In this document: positions 55,201 to 64,000 of the stretch, piece by piece
Numbering within the stretch: position 1 is the stretch's first letter
Layout of the letters: the number at the start of each line of letters is the position of its first letter
DNA from: Psilocybe cubensis
Lineage: Eukaryota
Assembly: GCA_017499595.2 (NCBI GenBank)
Contig: CM039000.1
Span: 2,232,001-2,296,000, forward strand
Direction: 5' to 3'
DNA: 64,000 nt
Made by a program: the position numbers and the translations under genes
The notes under the pieces: generated by a model
What the model saw: only the letters and a program-made list of their open reading frames with translations
What the model was told of the DNA's origin: nothing
Databases searched by the model: none

Positions 55201-56876
55201 ATACCGTCATGGTCTCTGTGCCGGATGGTCGTTTATTGCCACTGAGGAAATGTAACTGGTTGCCAATTTCTAGCTCGATTCTTGACGCCTTCGACGTACT
55301 TCCTGTCTTATGTCGCCGCATGACAGATTGTTATAGAGCACAATCAGCACGATTTGAATTGGGATTACCAGCTATAACAACTAATCTAATTATCGAGGCT
55401 TTCACAATTCCGTCGGCCACGATGCCGTTTAACAATCAACGAATGGAAACCTTAGGCGACGCTGTCTTGCAACTGTGCACTACTGTCCACCTCCTGAATA
55501 AATATCCTAACCGACACGAAGGCCAACTGTCTAATTTGCGACAAAGATATGTCCAAAATCAATTTCTTTTACGCAGAGCACTGGACCTTGCGTTCGGACG
55601 CTTTGTAAATTCAGAAATTCCGAGTATTTTCAAATATAGATATGTGCTGCAATCTCCGCTTTACACAGACAGTATAATTCCTCAAAGATACTACAACAGT
55701 GCATATCCGCGACGTAGTTTGCAAGATTGCATGGAAGCAATTTTAGGGGCCAGCTTTCTTGCGGGCAGCATTCCACTTTCTTTGCAGACAGGAACCGCTT
55801 TAGGTCTTGAGTTCGGAGGATCACTTCCATGGTTCATGCGCTATAGTCAAAACATTGAACCAACGACTATTGCTCCTCTATTTTCTAGCTTGGAGAAAGA
55901 TCTCGGTTATAAATTTCGCTATAATCATCTTTTACTGGAGAGCCTCAGCCATCCCTCGTGCACTAACTCGAACGTTCCTTCATACCAGCGTCTAGAATTT
56001 TTAGGAGACGGTGCGTAAGAACGGTTATTATTCTTGCCCCTTCTGATTGTCTCTCAGCCATCCTCGATTTGGTGGTCATTTATTACCTATTTCGCAAATT
56101 TCCTGATGCGACTTCTCATCAGCTAGCTTTGCCGAGGACAAAGGCTATTTGTTCTCCCAGCCTGGCTTATCTAGCTGTTCGCAAATTGGCACTACATAAA
56201 GTGATGCTGAGCAACAGTATCAACTTGACCACAGCCATTGACTTTTATTCACCGCTGTTGGAAAACCTTTCGGGAAAAGAAATCGTCAAAAATGGGTGGA
56301 AATATGATCCTCCTAAAGCCCTTAGTGATGTCTTTGAGAGCGTCATTGGAGCGGTGCTGGTGGATTCTGGGTACGACTATGAAAAGACAGCTAGCGTTGT
56401 AGAGCATGTCATGTCAGATGTTTTGGAAGCCCTTTCTCCAGCTGTAGACAAAGATCCTGTTAGTGAACTCTTGGAGTGGACTGCGGGTGAAGGGTGCAGA
56501 ATGGTTTCATTTGAGTAAGTCCCATGTGTAATCTGTATATAACGACGAGATGTTGATAGTGTCTGCCAGAAAAAAGAATAAAACCTATGATATGGTGGAG
56601 CAGGAGGGGATTGCAGTCACAGTACATGGGACTATGATAGTCGGACCGATTGTCTCGGCAAGCTTGACGGTTGCAAAGTTTGCCGCTGCCGAAAGAGCTC
56701 TGACTGTTCTCAAAGATCCCATGTCAGAGAATTCGCTTCTCTGTCTCTGTGATTGTGCATTCACAATGAAAGTGATGCTGCCTCCTATTGCGAATTTACA
56801 ACAATGCACAGAGAATAATTTCCCGCAGGACAATGCATCGGATGAAGAAGACGAAGCGATGGAAGTCCAAACTTAA
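52272..56876 (+). CDS. Dicer-like protein
   Basis: PRRYQ, DTGSGKT, DECHH, GMTASP, AEEGLD and QSRGRAR helicase motifs; Dicer dimerization domain; RNase IIIa RMETLGD...DCMEA; RNase IIIb RLEFLGD...DVFES; C-terminal dsRBD-like region with CxC. Confidence 0.95.
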
Positions 56877-57278
56877 GAATGTTCTACCAACCACTGAAAA
56901 AGCTGGGGGACAGGATTTTTTGGACAGGATCAGGTACCTTGAATGGATGTAGCAATCTAACCATGTGTTCGTTTGCCTATCTTCGTTCAACATATCAGAT
57001 ACTGTATTAGGTTACTATAGCCCCTTTATCAAGTAGTAGGCGTATATGCGCATACATGAACACGACATTTGACAGTGACCCGATCCTTTCCTTGTACAGT
57101 GCTTAATCAAAATCAATCTTCATTCTTGCCCTATTTCAACAAGTGTTGACGCTGCTTGTACAATGCGATCGGTCGATGTCGTTGATTGTCGATAAGGCAT
57201 TGCCGATTTAGGCCTAGTTCTGGTGACCGCACTCGCGGGCTGGAAGTCGACTGTCTGCAACTGCAAATCTTTCCACTA

Positions 57279-58296
57279 ATGGCATCCATCATTTCATCGA
57301 CGTTTCTAAATTCCCTAAAACATCTCTTTCCAGGATTTAACAAGGTTGATGGCAGGCATGGAGCTACTAGGATGACTGCAGGCGTTCGTTCTGGAGACGT
57401 CTCAGAATCTCCTGGTGAGTAAATGTTGCTTTAGAACCGATAACTTGGTAGCATCGTCCTCGCAATCGCCCATGAGTGATAAATTTTCTAGTCTTTCAGA
57501 ACCCTTGGTACATCGTTGCCACTGTCGTATTCAGTGCAAGTAATCAACCGGAGGGAGTGAAGTATGTTTTGGAGAACGTTCTCGAAGATCTCGGTCATTA
57601 TCACGAACAAGAGGACCTTGAAAAACAATCCAAGAAACTTGCTCAGAAAATGCGCGAAGCCATCTTCAAGTCCGGAATGATAAGTGGTTATTCAAAGGTA
57701 TTCCTCATTGATGTTAATTCATTAGCACTGCAAAGAATGATATTAGTCGTGAAGGCTATCAACTCTCTGCAAGTATTGAATACAGCAATTCCAGATGAGT
57801 GGAAAGTAACCGAGATACAAAGGTTTCTCCTCAGTAGTTCATTTTTCACCTCCCCTGACTTTTCCGCCCAGAGATACTAGTATTTCGCTTGCGGAATATG
57901 AGGCGAAGGGGATGTCTACGTTTCGTTCAATCTATGGAGAAACCGCTGATTCTGTCGACGGATTACTCACTACCATATATCCTGATCTTGGTGCGGTCAT
58001 CCATTTAACACCGGCCTTGGTTTTTCCTAAAATTTTATATAGGATGGTTTTCAAGAACGATTGCGTACGGAATAACGTATGGACACGGAGAAACTTTATC
58101 ACAACTTGAAACATCATATACGTTGGTTGCAGCTCTGATTGCAAGCGATACGCCTCAGCAAATAGGATGGCACCTTGACGGCGCCAAACGAGGCGGAGCC
58201 ACTACAGAAGAAGTGAAAGCCATCAGGCAAATATCTATGGAGGTTGCCAAATTTTCGGGAATTAAATGGAAACACGGTGTGCCAGAGGTGACCTGA
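57279..58296 (+). CDS. AhpD/carboxymuconolactone decarboxylase-like protein
   Basis: Spliced NPWYIVATVVFSASN...MREAIFKSGMISGYSK/AINSL...FRSIYG...YPDLG/WFSRTIAYG...QQIGWHLDGAKRGGAT...VPEVT*. Confidence 0.75.
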
Positions 58297-58843
58297 TACG
58301 AGTTAACGGACCATAGTAGTGCACCATTTGTGGATACAGTATGACACCTAAGATCAGTCGTAATTATATAGGTCGTACTGATGTTCACACGATGTGACAA
58401 ACAGAAGTGACTAGTCACGCTATCGTGACCTGGTAGGCGCTGGAGGCGCGCACTGCCCCACTGCCGCAGTGCGCCAAGTGTTATTTTTTGGGCTGCCTAA
58501 TAATTTTTAGACCGCATAGACAATATTCTGTCAATTACAATTGTTGCAGTCTGAATTGTATCTCAAATATAATTTCACCACCATTGAAGCCACTTTGCAG
58601 TGCCGTTGAACCAAAGTCCGGCACTGCAGCAGTGTACAACGGCGGGTGGACCGTGACACTGCGCCGGCGGGATGCTTAATTGGAGTCAGTGCTACTAGTA
58701 CTTTCAAATTCTGCTGAGTGAACTTGTAAATCGTCTACTTTGTTTAAGAGGTCATATAAAAAATCTACAGATTTGAGGTCTCAATACTTAGGACTTGCAC
58801 TTGCACAACTTGGAAGTTCAAGACAACAAGCGCATCAACGCAA

Positions 58844-61800
58844 ATGGCCTCGGATGGATGGTGTGCACGTGACATAATAGCACCCACTTTCTGGCCTTTA
58901 ACTTCTTGCTTTTCTGTTTCCTCCACCATCAGTATTGTATTCTCCATATTCGTACCGCCCCAATATTCAAGCGGTTCTTCTTGTTTAATCTGCATGGGAG
59001 ACTCAAGCGCTTCAGATGCTGGGGCGCATGTGTCCTACGACGCGCTTGCCTCGCTTCTTGGAGTCAAGGGTCCTCTTCGCCTGGTGCCTCAAGGCTCAAC
59101 GCCAAAAGCACACGTCGTAATCAAACGAGACTACATTAGAGAGAAATCAGACTCAGGTGAATCCTCTACGAGTATAGCGCGCTTCAGTTTTATTGCAGGG
59201 AAGAAATTCGCCATCAACAAGGGACAGCCACTACTGTTTGCGGTGGCCGCGCCAACAGATCAAGATGGAAAGACTCTGCTATGCGACGACAATACCTTCC
59301 TTCTAGAAGCGGATGTTGCGAGCGTTTCTGATGACAATGGCGAAGAAGACATTGGGAATATTTTATCCAAAAAGGAGCAAAAGAAAGAGCAGGGCAATGT
59401 AGGTGGTCTTCCGCCGAAAATGCGAAAGAGTTACTCGAGGAAGACGTCATATGCGAGTTATATCGAAAGTCAGCTTCAACGCATTCGTTTATAATTATTA
59501 CCGTCTCTTCTTATTCATCACATTTGTTTCAGACGAACCGCCATCTTCTATTGGATTTCTTGGATACCCATTGGGCGCGCCTACTCCGCGCGTCTACACC
59601 TCCGCCTCAGTACAGACCGAAACCCGTTCTCCCCCATCCCCTTCACCTGCATTCGGAACCGCACCTCTCGAAACCATACGTAGTCCTTGTATTCCACTTT
59701 CCATCATTGACATTGTCGAGCAGTCGCCTGTCCAACTACCCTCACCTGTATCTGCCGATCATGCTCGTGAGCCGACCTCAGAATCTTTGACCCAAATTGA
59801 AGGCGAAGAAATGGATGATGTACGTTGCAATTTTGAAGTTAAGAACGGAGACCTAATTGAAATTATAGTTCTCGCGCGCAGAACGCAGCCTTTCGCCCAT
59901 GGACTTAAGTAGCGCGAGTTGTTCTCCAGCTAATTCCCCTCTCCCAAAACACGATCCTTTGCCGGATGAAACGACTCCAAACCGCTCCGAAAGAGAATTT
60001 CTTTCCTTTGAATCTCTTGCTAGAGATGTGTCTTCAGGGCCTCATGCACAAGATGAACCCATTCCTTGTCCTCCTGGTGAAGCCATACCTTCTGGTTCTT
60101 TGCTATGTAATACGGTCTCTCCTTTGTTGTCACCAATACACCCTCCATCCATTCTGTCCCCACCTCCTTTACCCTCTCCCTCTCCGGCAGCCTCTATCAT
60201 TACGTCAACCAACCCCTCGAGTAATATCTCATTCGACAACCTATCTGTGGAAACCATTCCCCCAACTACGGTCAGTGACAAATCTAGGTTAGAAAATGTA
60301 TCAATGCATATTCCGTCTGTGAACGTCATATTTTCCACAACACGTCTTCCTTCTGAGCAGCCTTCGTCGTCTCTGGAGAATGGTAGCATCCCTCCCTTTT
60401 TTCACAAGTTTTATACCACTAAGGATCAAATTATAGATTACAGAGGTCTTGAAGTACAAGATGAAACCAAAGTCCTTGACGAGGTACCTATCGATGAGAA
60501 GACTGTTCAAGAGACACAGAATGAGAGGACTGTCCACGCAATTCTCAAGGAATCCAGTTCGAATGTGTCAAATCCCGTCAACAAACAATCAGCTGAGATG
60601 AAGGCGGTTCCACAAGCTGCAATGTCCCAGGAGGAGGTTATTTCAGTACGTGGACCCATCAAGCTAACGCGACCGTTATATTGACCGAATTTCTCTATAG
60701 CATTCAAAGAAAACTCCACCTACAACCCCTAATGCTGTGGCTTCGAGTAGTAAGATGACCGAAGATTGGTCAACTGTTGACCGTGATTCTTTGACACGAA
60801 ACCCAGGCGTCCCTATCAATTTACGAGCCATGCGTTCTGCACATTCTCAAGAAAAAGCGCCAGATTTGCTACCTACGCCATTATCCTCAAGAGTTTCTGC
60901 TTTACCCATTCAACCCAGAAATTCCTCGCCTCCACCTGACCCGAAATCTCTGGCATATATTCCTTCTGGGTCTTCAACCAATCCTCTTGGAATTCGACCT
61001 TCCTCTGGGCGCATTCTTCCTATCACTTCGCAGAAATCGGTCCCCAAAGGCCCGCGATCTCTTGTAGGTCCCGCTCCACCAACGCAGCAGCCCAAAAAAC
61101 CGGTTGTGGTTGGTGCAAAATGGTCAGCAGCGAGAAGTTCTGGCTCCAGCTCAAATGCATTACATGGTAATGTCTCTACAGCAACTAACTCTTCCACGAT
61201 ACCAGCAACATCTACGACCTCGTCTCATACCACTCCGACCTCTTCATCGGTGAAAATAGGACTATCGCACATCATGCGTTATGCATCACCCTCACCGCCT
61301 CCTCCGCAGCCTGACCATCCACCTCCTACACCACCCGTACCTCCTCAAACTGGATTAGTGAAGTGGAAAAGGATATCGTGTGTTGACGAAAAACAAGCAA
61401 ACGTACCTTCATCCATACCTTTGGATCCCGAGTCAAGTAGTCAAGTGACACAAATCTCGAATGAAACCTTCCCTTCATTACCTTCAAGTTCTTCTCTAAA
61501 ACGGTCTCGCGATGTGTTTACTGAAGATAATTCTCAACTACCTGAAAATAGCAAAGGGCCAACTCCTAAGAAGGCCAGATCTACTTCTCCTCTACCCCTT
61601 CCCCTTCCACAGTCCCAACCCACTCCCACTTCTAATGACAATACATCACTGTTCAAAGTTCCGCCTGTCCTTTCTTCTCCAATCAAGACTGCGAACACAC
61701 CGCCAAAAGGTACATATCTTGTATTTCTTGTTACTTTTTGTTATGGCAGTGCTAATAATTATTACCAAAGTCCCACAACCCATGACTCACCCTTTACCAC

Positions 61801-63397
61801 CAAAACCAGTCGCGACAGCCTCATCGTATCGTCCGCCATCAGGGAAACGTGAGCGCAGTCTAGAGCCTGCAGAATCAAAGCGACCGCCTCCTCGTACAGA
61901 TTGGCCAGCTACTCTTTCTAGCGCAAGCTATCAAATGCAAAGCAGTAGATCGGGTGTGAATGTCGGTATACAGAGAATCGTATTTAGCTCAGATGGGACT
62001 CAGATCGCTGTAGTTTGTAAGTTGTGTCCATCAATTCAAATTCGAATAGTCTTACTGAAGGTAAAATAGGCGCCGATCGCACTCTGCGGATATGGGAAAA
62101 CAAGCAACCTGCTGCTGAGGTTGCCAGGCTGTCCCACAATACTGCTGTTGTTTGTGTATGCTGGATGCATGCAGATTCAGGCGTGCTGACATTAACGGCG
62201 GACGGTATGATCATGAAGTGGACACGGAACGTGAGTCTTATTCTGATGTGAGATTTATCTGCCAACATAGTCATGCAAATTTAAAGGGCAAGGAATGGAA
62301 GTTCACCAAATTGTTTCTTGTGTCAGAGGTAGCAATGCTAGATATTCCCGTCTGTATGGCATACGCCAAGGATCGCATTGCTGTTACGACACCTTCTGGC
62401 GTTAAGGTGTGGATACTTAACAATGGTAAGTAATCTTTTTTTGGTTGGTTAAAATTTGGAGGCTATTCAATTCAATGATTTTAGGAAGCTGGCAGTCTCA
62501 GCGTGACATTGTTCGGTCAGGCGTAACTGCTATCCGGTTTGTGTTCAATGGAGACGCGCTTATTGGAGGTTGCCGTGACGGAGTTTTGTGAGTGCAGTTA
62601 AATTTGGAATTCAAAATAAGCGACGACTGACAGCGTTATACTTAGATGGTATTCCGAAGTACCAAATGGAACTCTCCGTGCCCATGTTTTCTTCCCGTCC
62701 AAAAAACCCATGTTATTAATTTTACCTTCTTTCTGTAAATCAATAACTGACATCATTTCCAGCACGTCTATTGACCTGCCACCTACTGGTACCTATCTAT
62801 TAGTTGCGCAAGAGGGCGGGCAATGTCATTTGGTAACACTGAAACCAAGTGAGAGCAAAGGCGTTATCGAGCGAACATATACATCGGAAAAGCTCCAATC
62901 TCTCAAGCAGAAGAGTTTCCCCGCCGTGTTCGCCACCAGGGGCCAAGCAGTTCTCTATGGCACCGTAAACGGATGTGCGCTTGTGTGGGATAGGAAGAAA
63001 GGAGTGATTGTATATGGGCTTAAACATCCAGAAGGTATGGATCGTGTGCAAATGTGCCGTCTGTGTTTGTCCTCACGCACTGGCCTTTCTTTCTCTAGGC
63101 GACCTAATACAGGCTGCAGCTGTGAGTAGTATATGTGGTAGATCCGGTGTAACTTCGGGAGCTGACTTCGCCTGTTGTAGACATTTGACGGACGGCCTGG
63201 CGTGGAAGGTTTGATGGTCACTGGGACGACTCAAGGACGACTGTTTTGGTGGCCGCAACCTGTTGCAGCAGCACCTAGTAGTACCCACAATGGGACTGGG
63301 ACGCGTGCGTGTAAGTTCATACATGTGATGAGTGTCAAGACTGATTGAAGTGATGCATTACACAGAGGATACCTCTCAGAGAAAGCGTGCACAATAA
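58844..63397 (+). CDS. Large hypothetical protein: disordered P/S-rich middle, C-terminal WD40 repeats
   Basis: Consecutive + strand exons with GT-AG introns. WD-like segments IVFSSDGTQIAVVC/ADRTLRIWE, DGMIMKW, GVKVW and GCALVWD; probable TAA 63395-63397. The single-gene model is uncertain. Confidence 0.6.
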
Positions 63398-64000
63398 TGG
63401 GATATGATAGCTTAGTTATTCGTATAATAGTATAGTTGTTGTTTTGTTAGGGATTTTGTATCATATTTAGCATCAGTGCAATTGTTATCATTATCAGGGG
63501 GCAAGTGATTGTGTTGTATGTTGTTTGGCATTATGCCACGGACAAGGCCGTGCTCCTTTACCAGAGCGATCAAGTCGTTGCAACCAACGCCTTCACCGTC
63601 AGTGACAGTCATATCTTAAACCAGTCCGTTCAACCCCACCCGTTCGCTCCCAAGGTGCTCCTTTCGCTTTCTTGTCCCCGCCTTTACCGTGCTTACTTTG
63701 CTTCCAGCTCCCTGTCTATTTCATACAGCCCCTTGCCTCATTTCGGTCCACGAGCCTGCATAAGCCAACGGTTCATTCTATCGTGTAACTGGTTCGTTCA
63801 CCCACCTATCTCTTGCGCCTATCTACAGAACTTGTTAAAATTCCTTTCTAGATCTGTGAGTTGCCTGCCTTTCGTCCTTCTTACCGTCTTCTACCCTATG
63901 AAACACAGCCACGAGGCTCTGTTGCCACGCCGCCAATGTCTTCAGGCGATAAGAGACGGCTCAGAGGGATAGTATTGCTTATGAGTACTGACTTATCTTT

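Overview
Gene-dense, intron-rich fungal nuclear DNA, most consistent with an Agaricomycete: GT-AG introns are mostly ~50-60 nt with CTRAY-type branch sites. The species cannot be determined from the window. About 25 mostly housekeeping genes were reconstructed by manual splicing: EI24-like (partial), histone H1, MZM1, a mitochondrial GGQ release-factor homolog, CAP/SRV2, SPC24, CAF-1 large subunit, RFC2, SSB-type Hsp70, mitochondrial uS2, anthranilate synthase I, SHQ1, an SLC35F-like transporter, an arrestin-like protein, CBP4, SIP5, SERCA, rhamnose mutarotase, a DUF6593-like protein, a PL14 lyase, a methyltransferase, REV1, PLP2, a Dicer-like protein, an AhpD-like protein and a WD40 protein. 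There is also an intron-containing tRNA-Asn. Two things stand out. (1) A 90-aa CBP4 gene, barely visible in the ORF track, has four oversized structured introns. Intron 1 (583 nt) has no internal AG, introns 1 and 3 share a ~42-nt motif, and both carry segments antisense to conserved 18S rRNA, suggesting undescribed intron-hosted RNAs; a second AG-free long intron lies in the EI24 gene. (2) MZM1 and the GGQ release factor form one interlocked locus, where two 3' splice sites 11 nt apart give either stand-alone Mzm1 or an in-frame Mzm1-release-factor fusion. Gene identities rest on motif recognition, not database searches.
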